Below, in pieces: positions 49,608 to 61,906 of a stretch of DNA of 64,000 nt. The position numbers and the translations under genes are program-made. Position 1 is the first letter of the stretch. Each line of letters starts with the position of its first letter. Under the pieces are notes generated by a model. The model was given only the letters and a program-made list of their open reading frames with translations, did not search any database and had not been told where the DNA came from. Source of the DNA: Tubulanus polymorphus. Lineage: Eukaryota > Animalia > Nemertea. The stretch is taken from assembly GCF_964204645.1 (NCBI RefSeq), contig NC_134028.1:1550001-1614000 (forward strand), read 5' to 3'.

Positions 49608-52600
49608 TATAACTGATTGTTTATAAATACCTGAGTCTGCGTTCTTGTTTTCACCGGGAGAATCCTTTTTTCTCTTCTTTCGTTTACTGTGACAAGCGTA
49701 GTTATCTCGAGCGCTCCAGCCCGGATATAACTGCATGTGAAGCTCTTTTTCTTTTCGCGCCATCTCGTAATATTTTGCCTGTTCAGACCGGTCTAGCGCG
49801 TGCCACTAGAATAAATATATACGACATTAATAAACCCGAAATCAGTCAAAATCTTTCAACGATCATCATTTCCCTTTCAAACTCTACACATAATTTTGTT
49901 ATTCGATATTATCATCGATTAAACCCTTTTGGGCAAATGAGACTTTTTTCAAAGGTATTAAGTTAATTTCTTCGAGCGTTTTACGGTTTGAATACCGCAA
50001 TAAGCATTTTTAAGACCTTGATACGTTTCGCAATATTCTCGATATTTAAAGATATTTCAAGCGATCTAATAACCATAAGTGACAGCGCTTAATGTAGAAT
50101 TTCAACAAACTGAAACAAATTTAGAATTAAACAATCGCGATGAATATAAAATGAAGTTCTTTTCACTTGGAAAATTGGACTAGAATCAGTCCTGGAAAGG
50201 GCAAACAAATTGAGAGATATCTTTTGGGATATCTTTCCAAAAATAAGTTCATCATGCAGAAAGCAGAGCATCAAAATAAGGCAGCTTTTCTCGAATAAAA
50301 CAATATTGCCAGAAATTGAACCAAGAGGGATGAGCCAATGTTTGTCCAATGTCATCATCTTTTCATATCTTTTTCATTTTTTCTTTTCAATTACTTACTT
50401 TTCGGCCTAAAATTTGATTAATAGCTGCCGATTCTTTGAGTGTGCATTCTGCCACCACTTTTGCTCTTTGCTCTTTCATAAACAGCATAAAAGCATTAAG
50501 AGGTTTCTTGATGTGGGGTTGTTTTTTAGCCGGAGGTTCCGGTTGTTCAATGAGGTCATTACGACCCTGTTCATGTAGAGTAGGATGTCTGAAAATATAT
50601 ATTACGCAATTTATTCAACATAATACACGACGTCATTTCTTACCTTACGACCTAAAATTTGATTAATTGCAGCAGATTCTTTGAGGGTACATTCTGAGAT
50701 CACTTGCGGACGAATCTCCTTCATGAACAACATGAATGCATTTAAGGGCTTCTTTACATAAGGTTTCTTTTTCTCGGACTCGATAGGTCTTTCAACCTGC
50801 AATTCCTGGCAATGTTCAGATTTATCATATAGCCTGAAAAATTATCAGTTTTTGCCACTGAATCCTTTTTCTGATGATTATCACATGAAACTGCCGACCC
50901 AGCCCTAACCCCGCGGGCAGATACGGGCATATCCTGAATCTCATCAAGCGTTAGAATGGCCCACCGAATTTCCTCAAATGCAGAAATTGCATTTCCATGG
51001 ATATCGGATATGCCCCCTTGTTAGAAATACAAGGCCCCTATGGAGTGGTAATGCCATTCCTAGATCGGCCTGTGGATCTAAACCTAATCTTTTAAGTATC
51101 AAACTAAACTAATGAATGGATGGAGAGATACAAGTTATCATAATCAGGGTAGAGCCTAATCGTAATAAAGCATCAATTCGATTCATTTTTATCAATCGAT
51201 TATATTCCTTTTCCATCATTTTCCTCGAAAAGGTTTCTCTATAATGCAAAAGATATTATAGACTTACTCTTTCCAAGAAGCTTCATTCAAATGGGGGTAC
51301 CAGTGGAGTAGATTGTCAGGACTTCTTAAAATATAAAGATTTATAGGAGACAGTTCAGTTAAGAGGAAACTCAAAATAGACAACAATATTTCAGAGACAG
51401 GTCATAAACTATAGAAAATACGATATTAGACACCGAAAGTTAAGAATTCATATTTCAGATTTGTTACTACTGATTGCTTGCTGTAAGCCACGAGTGAGTG
51501 ATAGAAGTTATCCTATGAAATGTTAGATTTTAAAAGAATAGAATTTTTGAAACGAAGTATAAGGGAAAACATCTCTCCATCCAATCATTCGAGGATCTAT
51601 GCTTTTAGAATTGAGGTTTTTACCTTGATTATTACTAATTATGATTAAATATACAAGAATTCTTTGAATTAAACTAAAATTAAATGAAAATCTGGATAAT
51701 TAAATGCACATTGTACAAAGATCAAACAATCTCTAATCTCGCACTGTTTAATACAGAATGACACATGATGAGAGAGAATAAGAGTTTCTCGAAGCTCGGT
51801 TTGATGTTGGAGTCAGATAGGTTACTCCAAGGTTTGATATAAGAATCCGTGTATATTTCAAATCATTGATGAATATCTCATTAAAGTGCTACGACGCATC
51901 TCTTACTAAAAGTTTCGAATTTAGATCTCAATCTTGAATAACTTAAACCACGTTCACACCTCGTTATTTAGAACGTTGTCCGTTCCAAGTCTTAGTCCAT
52001 CTTTTAGAACAGACCAAGATGTCACTCAAGCAAAAACTCTGTTCTAAATTGGTTGTGCCACTTTATAATCGACTGGGGCTGGTTGCATAGTCATGGCTTG
52101 TATTTAAGACCATTCTAAGACCAACTTAGTTCTATAGCCAATCTAACAACTTAATACCAGTCTTAAGATTTAAGACCAATTTTGGACTTAAGTCACAACT
52201 GCGCAACTGGCCCCTGATTTATTAGACCAACGATCAAGGTCTGTTTAAGAATGGAATATTGCTGTGTGCAAATAGAAACAGTGCCAGTCTAGCTGGACCA
52301 GTGATATATCAATGTTTGTGAATGCGCAGCATTGATTTGGTCCGTTCTAAATAGGTCCATTCCAGATAGAGGCCAAATCAGAATGGATTAACTGGCGATC
52401 TAGCGTGAACTTAAGGCTTTAAGATATCCATCTAATGAGTTAATAATATAAACTCAATGTCCCTACGAGACTGAACATATTAAACATACAGTTCAATTAA
52501 TACTTACCGATGATTTTCTTGAGTTTGCGAATGTTGTTGTATATCTTGTTTTGGTCCCGGTGTGACTATAGCCGGATGTGGAATGCCGTGATGCATTCCG

Positions 52601-54703
52601 TGGGGCGGATGAATCAGGCCAGCCGTGTGGTTAAATCGAAGCGCCGCTGAATTCGCCACTAATGGATACGGACCCCGATAACCCGATGTCGTCGCTGGAT
52701 ATGTAGGTGGACCTTGCCTATAAATTCGTAAAGAAAATTAGTTGAAACGAAATTTACCGATATCGACGAAGTAACTTTCAAAACAACCGGGAGGTTGAGC
52801 ATTAGGGTTCCGGAATAAGGTAGGAAATCATTTTCCATTCAGAGCACCCAGAGACCTGGCAAAAAAATTCAATATCCATATTCCAGGCAGTCGATCTCCG
52901 CGAACGGCTTTCAGTATCGAACAAAAACATTTTCAAAGTCGCAACCAATAATCGGTAATCAAGGAAAACCCACAGTTTTACAACCTTTCTTGTATTTCTA
53001 TGTTACAAATCATTCCGTAACTTTTTAGCTAAAAATAAAGCAGTTTATACGGGGGAAATCGGGAACAAAGTACATTTACATAACCGGCTATCGAGTAAAA
53101 TAAAGCCTTGTATTAGAAAGATTAGAATCGGGATACGTAATTGTCTGTGAAGATGATAGTCATTCATATATATTGGAAATTAAAAGTGTTGACGCAATAA
53201 CTGGATGCCTTTAAGGCTATATTCATGTACGCGTTCGAGTGGTATGGGTGTGTTATAGCTTAGTTCTGTCATGTAACACGCACGCAAAAACTTACAGAAT
53301 CTTCGAGAATCAATTGATTTTCTGTTGACGACAAAATTCAACCCTATCCTCGATAGAAAAGTATAGACAAAGAGAAAACCGGGTACTCGCGAGCGCTTAC
53401 AGTCATTTTATAAGTAGTTGCCCGCAGCGAGACATTTACACTAAATTGTTCGACCGACCGATCAAAAAATATGAATCGATGGAAATATGCAGGTAGATTG
53501 CCACAAATAGATAACTATCAAACATGATATGATATAGCGGAACGTCCGAATGTCACCTTCAACTTAAAAATATATTCACAGTTGCTGCCAATAACCTCTA
53601 GAAAGTGCCATCAATCGGTAAACATCATGTATTGGAAAATGTTCACATTAATACCTTCAAATATTACGAGTATATCTAACAACACGTACGCCTGCTTGAT
53701 TCTTCATTCGAAAAAAAAAGAAACAGCATTCAGAGAGGACTATTAGTTTGAAAGTTGCTCTACGTAGCTACCACTGGGCGCAGCCAACACTACAAAATCC
53801 ATTATAAGTTCAAATTGTGTTAGCTATCTACAAAGGTCTGCAGGAGTCAAGTCATCACCTCGACAAAGTCAGGCCATAAATTTGATCACAAGTTTTGCAT
53901 TAATACTTCTAACGGTATGGCTGACGTTTAAGTAAGACGGTAATTTAATGGCTATTACAACCGCAGAAAAGACATTTGATGTGCGAGCTTTGAAGGCATT
54001 TGAAGATAATGCGCCGGGCTGTGATCTCCTGAGAGGCAATGCCATCATGCAGCTGAGACCAACACCGGCCTGCTCGTTGTTAAATGATCTTAATGCCGAC
54101 TGGAAAGTCAAGTCATTAGACCAGTTCTAAGGCGACGCCGCCGGCTCGAGTGCGACTACAATATGTGACCGACGTGTTAGTATTCCACGCTCTCTTTCAA
54201 CGATCAAAAAAGGATTTCGAAAAAAGTTCACTAAATCAAAAAAGTTTTCGTCTAGAAACCTGAAGATCATTAACAATGGAAAGGATTATATGACTGCGGG
54301 GCCACTAACCACATGGCTTTCATCGCTATAAAGTCAACTATTAGAACATATGTCAGTGTGGCTCAAGCCCCAATTCCGAGCCCTTATCGACTGTAGGGAA
54401 ACCACCGGGAATCTGCTGCCCGGCAGCTTCGCGTCATCAGTGATATTGTAACAAATCTTTTTATGAATTTAAGTAGCAGGTGCGAGCGCATTTTCAAAGG
54501 TATCTTCTTTAATGATTTCTGCATGAAATAATGTACATAAACCAGACGAGAAACCATAGAAGAATCATCGTTCAAACGTGAAGAAACAAAGCAACGTCAA
54601 AAAACAACTTACCATTGCACTTGTGAAAATTCTGGACTATACATTGGATGCGTATATTGACTGGGATGTGGAGGGATTGGATACATAGGCGGTCGTGGCA
54701 ACC
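44263..54703 (-). CDS. TCF: TCF/LEF (pangolin) HMG-box transcription factor, 3' portion with C-clamp; beta-catenin-binding N-terminus not found in the window
   Basis: Exons 54703-54613 (GLPRPPMYP...), 52717-52508 (...[15 protein letters not shown]...), 50833-50644 or 50588-50399 (HMG N-half), 49805-49631 ([36 protein letters not shown]...KRKKRKK), 48742-48670 (73 nt; [24 protein letters not shown]), 44662-44263 (RRKKKCIRF...STRV*). Confidence 0.96.
50399..50588 (-). CDS. TCF: TCF HMG-box N-terminal exon, copy B (canonical; not in the ORF track)
   Basis: 190 nt, phase 2 to 0; [63 protein letters not shown]; ttttcag / gtaagt. Confidence 0.93.
50644..50833 (-). CDS. TCF: TCF HMG-box N-terminal exon, copy A (divergent)
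   Basis: 190 nt, phase 2 to 0; [63 protein letters not shown]; tttcag / gtaaga. Confidence 0.9.
52075..52214. mobile_element. MITE (GGGGCTGGTTGCA...TGCGCAACTGGCCCC), Harbinger-like, in a TCF intron
   Basis: Inverted termini, CTG at both ends, internal ttaagacc repeats; termini resemble 34301-34397 and 41154-41256. Confidence 0.75.
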
Positions 54704-55147
54704 CTGAAAATATACACAAACAAAACATCGATTTATTATTTTTCATTACATGAAAAATATTTGGGTAAGATCCCTAGAAACACTGTGTAGTCATAGTCAA
54801 GTCAAATACATGATTAGAGACCGGGAAACATGTTTCTGTGTTTCCCTATACGTCATGTATATTGAGTTTTATACTCATGACCATATACAGAATATGAAGA
54901 ACATTTAGCAGCTTTGGTCGAACATATCCGGCAAAAGAGCATCCAAATCAGTAATACGAATTATAATACATAGTAGAATTCATTTCTTCCCTCGCAGAAT
55001 AATAATAGCAACAGTAGTAACAGCAGCAAGAAGCAAGACAGGTCTGAAATTGACTTACACAACACAGTTTAAAGATATTAAACATCAAACGAGATGAAAT
55101 ATTACTACCTATTTGCTACTATTATAATTTGACGGATATGCACTATG

Positions 55148-55149
<2 letters not shown>

Positions 55150-55213
<64 letters not shown>
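55150..55213. repeat. (AT)n microsatellite, ~32 units
   Basis: Directly visible. Confidence 0.97.
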
Positions 55214-55216
<3 letters not shown>

Positions 55217-58007
55217 GTATTTGTAAATAGAGAAGATGAAAGAACGTACATCTTTATCTGAATCAAACAAATTACTTATCTATACTGGATAAGAATTTCT
55301 TTCCATCGAAACATTCCTTACGTAAAATATGGCGTTCTTTTATTGTAAACTCTGGTCGAAATTTGCTCGGTATAAAACTACGATACGAAGTTTCTTAACG
55401 TTCCTGAGATCCGAACTAAACCAGACCCTAGACCTAGATGGAATATCATCCTTTTCCAATCCATTCAGGCCACAATCGCTAATTGTCAATCGGAGTACCA
55501 TATATGGTTAAACATTAAATTTGTTAACTGTCTAACTTAAATCAGAGCTCTTCAAGAAGAAATTTATGAAAAATCAAAAAAGCTAAGAAATCCCTGAGAA
55601 AAAAGAATAATTTCACGTTACCGAAATCAACGATATCCACAGCAAAACACTTTACTTCTTCCATCATCGCATTGACTTAAACTACTGTACACCGCTAGCT
55701 ACCGAACAGAGCGCGGCCTAAATCTTATGCAACTAATATCTACAAAAGATCGGATCAAAAAATCGCGAAATCCTTCTTAACTACTTTAGCGATTGTCGTT
55801 CCATTATTAAGGTGTCTCGTTTCCTACGCGTAGAGTCCTCCTCACTGATGGGTCTAAATCATATAGACACTCTTCGGAATGATGGACTCATAATCAGCTC
55901 ACAATTCCGATCTATAAACGCAAAAAAACAATCAACCACCTACAATGATACCCCGAACAAAATAACCAGTCTTCGCTTAGATCCGATTTCATGAATTCTA
56001 TACCTAACATCTACGTTACTGCGCAAATCTTTTGACGTCGAACAAAGCTTTATGAGAATGCGATTGAGGACGAGATGGATTATATAACCGAAACTGAAGA
56101 CTTTCTTTCGAAACCCGGTTCTTCAGAACGGTCATCGATAACTTTCTTTTCGTTTGTCCATTGATTCCTAATTTATTTTTATTGTCCCAATACGGTCTCT
56201 ACGTTAAAGGAATGCGAAAATAATATACCTGACTAATTCTATCAAGTTTTTCTTTCATATCACATTGTATTACAATTATAGCGGTAGTGTTAGTAGTGTT
56301 GTCATTGAAATTCTGACAGTTATCTCTCCAATATCCGAGATGGAAACCAAATCTTATATCGACTAGATAACAAGGTTCTATTTCTCTACAAGACGTTTGT
56401 TGAAAGATTAAAATTCATCAAATCAAAAAAAAAAATTGAGAATCATTTAGATTAAAAAAGAATTCAATACACAGTTCAACAGTTTTGTCCCCAGGTCGGG
56501 AACATCCCTTATAAAGCCATACCCGTGGAGCAAAGCAGGGGCTTTGACTTCACGAATTCCGTACAAAACACAGATTAATGGTCGAATTTACAGAATTAGC
56601 AGTTTAAATCTAACAACATGATAGGAAATATTGGTTCTGGTTTGTAGTAATCCGGGGTCGAGGTCTTCTCTTGCCTCTCCTATACAGTTTTGGAAACCTC
56701 GATCCTGCTCATAATAAACCACTCGAAGATTAATTGATGGCACCCTTTTCCAAGAATTCTTATAAAGTGAAAATTCAGCGAAAAATGCCTGAAAAATCGC
56801 TAAAACTTTATTCGCGAATCACGATTTATTCAAAAACCGAATTACTTTTTATCTAAAGCCACGCGATAAAGACAAATACGCCTTTTCAAGTCGGAAACGA
56901 ATTTAGGGAAATGAGTCCCTTTTAATAGAAGATGCCACGGAAACATTTGTTTCAGGTTCACATCTTCGAAGGCACCGAAGAATTAGCCGATGGGTTTTAA
57001 TCGCGTTAAAGATTCGAATTAAATTGGATAGAACTGATTTCACCTTTGTGACTTGTGAATAGCGCCCGCAATCAAAGGCTCTGACGGTTTTTAAATGAAT
57101 GGATTTCTGGAAATGCCCCGATCCTCGTCAAATGAGGATACACTTCGCTCGATTCGACCGATTCAAAGCGAATCCGAGAATCAAAAGAAATATCGCTTTC
57201 ATCTCGGTTCGAACAAAGTGCGCAAGATTCGTCGACATGTTTACACATGTAAAACCAAAAGGAGCGAAGAGAAATTCTAAATAAGAGCCTGCTGGTTACC
57301 AGACAGCTTTTATACGACAATTCTAACTGAGACGCAAACACTCCAAATACACAGAACTGATTTAAACTCGCGAAGAGTAAATTAATATCCATATTTCTGA
57401 ATGCGAGAAATTGAATATTCTTAAAAAGATTCATATTCTAACAAAACGCCGAAACTGAAGATTCTGCAGAGAGAATTATGATTTTAAAAAAATTTCGATT
57501 CGATATGAAATTTTAGCAATTTTTCGAAAAAACGAATCAAAATTGTTCTATAAAGATTGGATTTCGATAGACACAAATAAGTACAAGGGATTTAAAACCT
57601 GAAATCATTCGGCTATAGAAACACTATCATAGCATGGAAAATATTGAATTAGAAACCAATATATACAAACTGAAAAACTGGAAAATTCTAGATGTTTCTG
57701 TAGGTGGTAAAGTTGCAATAGCTGCAGGGCAATGGTCCATTAGGCATTCTAATTACATCAGCAAATATAGTCTGTATTTTTAATCCCGTGTATTGATGAA
57801 CAGCTATTTATTCATGCTAACAATCAATGAATGAACTCTATACTGAGAAGTGTTTCTAATATCATAATTATTTCAGAATTTACCTATTTATACTCATTAC
57901 ACCATTTGAAACAGTGTAAAAGCTTTCATCTGTTCTTTAGACACAAGAAGAAATTGTGGAATGGACATAACGCATAATCTGTATTTTATATGTCCATAGT
58001 TATAGTT

Positions 58008-58128
58008 AGCACCTCATCCACACTATACTCATAGAGACTAGTGTCACGATTATTGGGGTGGGGTGCCTACAATATATTTAACAGGATGTTCAAAAATTGA
58101 CGATGCATAAAAACGATCATTGCTTCAA
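58008..58128 (+). repeat. Dispersed ~120-bp repeat, copy 1
   Basis: Shares atactcatagagac...gcctacaata...ttcaaaaattgacgatgcataaaaac.atcattgc.tca with 61790-61906. Confidence 0.85.
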
Positions 58129-61100
58129 AAATCATCTAGGGAAACGCCTCCTTAGCCAACCTTGCTTCTTGCCCGACTCATACTGTCCTTACCCCCACTC
58201 GCACTGCCCTTGCCCAACTTGCTAAGTGTTTGCCCAGCTTCAACTGACTGTCCTTGCACATCTTACAGGCCTGACTAACAGACACACTGAATTTATCTAG
58301 AGTATAACAAACTTCCAGGGAGTGATTCAATGGAAAAACCATCAACAATAAGGGAACTTCGCGTCATTAAATAAAATATTCCCTTCAGATTACGCATTAA
58401 CTTTTACAAGTTGGTTTTCATTTTGAGAATTTAAAGAGTTTATATTTCACTTATGATTATGATAATATATACATCTATTGCAGTAATTCTTCGGAGAGAG
58501 GTTCAAGGTTATGATAATGCAGACGACCTATGATGGAAGCTCATCTTTGAGGAACTGGATACGACTCTGATGTCTCAACTCTCTCAGGACAGCGTTTTAC
58601 GTTTTATCCTTTGTTTTCGGGAGGCTTTCAACGCTACCGTTTCCAGATTTATTTTGCATTACTGGTTGACATTTCAAACAGGCACCAGTACCAGCAGCTG
58701 CAGCGCGTGATATTCCTCAACAACTGATTTTAAAACATCGAATAATCAGAAATTCTAATGGACCGTAAACTCTCAGATGAGAATTTTTCTAAAATTTGTG
58801 TATTAAAACTTTAATCTCTAAATGCATCCGCCGCCCGTTGATAAATGACTGACAATAAGTCAATCAACTTAAAAGTGGCTTTCATCAAAGGTAAGCTACG
58901 AAAAATGCATCGACAACAAACGACTTCCAGGTAGAAAATAAATCAATTAAGTCTCGTAAAACATATTTTTCAATGCTCGAAAAACTTACCGCATCAAATT
59001 TCAATAAACCGACAAAGGAGACTAGTTTAAATGTGGGCAACTATTAATTTGAGCACGGCGGCAGCGATGGCGATGGAGGGCTGACGATGGAGGGTTGGCG
59101 ATGTAATGTATTACATCGCATGAACAGATCACAGAAAATACGAGAAACCATCGATCGTGATTTGAGCCTACGGCGGCGCCGAGGACTGCAGTTTGTTGAA
59201 TGTCACAACAGCTCATATTATACGCATATAGGAAATCATGTCGTTTTTACAAATTACCTATTGTGCATTTACTGCGTTTGAGAAATTAAAATCAAACGCG
59301 CAAAATGCTCCTTGATTAGTAGAAATTAAACCGAACAAACCTCTGTTTAAGAGATCGATACACGCATGTAAAAACCATCACTTATAATGGGAAATTTAGA
59401 AAAAAAATAAACAAAACAAAATGACTATTTTGCCTCAAGAGTTAAAGTAAGATTTACACGAATTGTCAGCATCAGATAAATAAACATCTCATAAGAAAGA
59501 ATCAACGAACGTTCAACGTATCTTAATTTTACATTCAAAACATACATTAAATGGAACATGTAATAATAATAAGATCAGCTACAGATACAAAAAGATTCCT
59601 GGACGAGTATTTTTCAATTTCAAAACGGAATACGACGACTAATTTTCTATACATACCATCGCAAGACATATCGGATTCCATTTTTTGTAGTTGTCACGTT
59701 TTGGATTCGAACGCCGAGACGAACTAATAATACTTATTATCGATAGAACCGACCAACACCGGTCAACCGAACAGCTGATGATAATAAACTCCTCCTCGTT
59801 GTCGTTGATGTTGTTGTTAATTGTACGCGGTGGCGAACAGTGAAATGAAGCGAACCACCGGACACCGGACCAGACACCGGACCAGTCAGATGCGTTATAC
59901 TAACAACACGAATATGAAGGTAGTATATACAAGCACGATGACGATGACGCTTGCTTTACACATACAACACGCAATAGCGTTTGACACACCCTTTTTAAGT
60001 AATGTCACTAAAGTATGATACTGGTTGTGTGTGTCTCCCGAACAGCCAATACAATTACCGTATTGCAGCACCACACGTTACGACTAAGTTGACTTTCATA
60101 TTTATGCGCGTCCTACCGTGGCTAATTAATAGACTCGCTTTTGCGTCATGTCACCACATTGGACGAGAGCGAGAAACTGGTTTTCCCGAATTCGTTTCTG
60201 CTCCGTTCTCCGACTCTGACTCCGACTCCGACTCTATCGATGTCTCTCAATGATAATGATGATATGAGCATATACACAACGTTAGTTATTCATTAGCATC
60301 TCCCGACGAACAGACGAACATCTTTCCTTCTCTTCAGATCCGACGAACATCAAAATGCAACCCGCAGGCCGCTAAATAGTGTAGAACCTTTGTAATGAAC
60401 ACCTCTCATTCCATTAACAATATACCAGGTCATTACGCTTGTCTTTGACATTAAGTAAAACTGTTAATCATGCGGCAATAATAAATGGTGTTTCCAGTTA
60501 AATTCATTTGCAAATCGACTAAACCTGCAGTTTCTTGCCCACAGCTCACTAGGAGTTCATTTCAGAAATTGTATATTTCACAATAAACACAAAGCATCAC
60601 GACCTCATTAGCCAGCTGATTCCTCTACTAATTAATACTTGCCGATTAATTAAGACTTCCAGAAGTGAACCTCACATTTAGATGTTATCCTCCAGTTACA
60701 TTCGCAGTGCAGTGTCCTACCCTATTAGCTCGAACCTTATGAATTTCTTTGTTACAAACTGTGAAATAATTTCTAACAACCAAATTTTATACTGGCAATG
60801 ACCTTATCAATGCCTGTACACCATAATCTTTCATTTTCGTGAAATTTCAAAGTCTGCGTTGTCTATCATTACTTAAGAGAAATGCAGCCCCGATATTCTT
60901 AAGCAACATCAATTTCAATTTTTGGCCGATGCCTACACATGAAAACATCGCTTAATATATCACTAGATCTCAAGCGAGGAAACTTAAAAAGGGGAACAGC
61001 GGGGAAAACCTTATTCGTACCTGATCGAACTGGATGAAAACAAACACATGAAAACAATACAATATATTATATCTTCGATCTATCAATAGTTGATTCTAGA

Positions 61101-61789
61101 TATCTATCCTAGAGCATTCATCCTTTAAATAACTAACTGAAATATGTAACTCGGTTAGAAAACATCGATACACCGAACAAACTTAATCTCAAAATATCAA
61201 AAGAATAGCGATTTTCATTCGAGATCAACATTATGAAATGTCGAAAAACACAAAATATGCACTAATCATGGGCGTGTTTCGATCGAATTGAGATTTGCCC
61301 TAAAACCATTTTATATTCGATACGCATAAAAACATAACACTTATATCACCTTCGGCTATCTATGATCACATATATATATAAAACTTCTCGAAAGGAATGT
61401 TCGCGATTGTTCTAAAAAGAGCTGGGTCGTGCTGGGTCGCGCTGAGTCGAGTTAGTGAGTGTCTAGCTACTGACCACATCATCAAAAACATTGATGAATC
61501 GTAAAAGAACGAATCAAATGATTTAGTTTAAAAACCATTCGAAAAAATAACTGATAAACCATTCATTCATTATCAGCAGGCAGGTGATATATCTTATTAT
61601 TCCTTTCCACGGTTTCAAAACGTGCATAAATAGCTATTGACTTCAAGCTCAATCAAGTTATAGTAAAAATGGGGTCGCTTTCATAGAATCTCGAGATGCG
61701 AGTAAAGTTGGGGCATAACATATAATCTCTATACTATATGTCTATGTTTATAGTATGGACTCTTGGTTTTAGAGTCCATGGCTGTAGTC

Positions 61790-61906
61790 AGCACATTATC
61801 CGCACAATACTCATAGAGACAGGCGTCATGAATGGAGTGGAACGCCTACAATACATTTTACAGGGAATTCAAAAATTGACGATGCATAAAAACAATCATT
61901 GCCTCA
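61790..61906 (+). repeat. Dispersed ~120-bp repeat, copy 2
   Basis: Same orientation and motifs as 58008-58128. Confidence 0.85.

Noticed and set aside
58828-58892. TCF autoregulatory module (Helper GCCGCC plus ATCAAAG)
   Set aside because: The sites are about 50 bp apart, wider than typical HMG-Helper pairs, and such short motifs are expected by chance.
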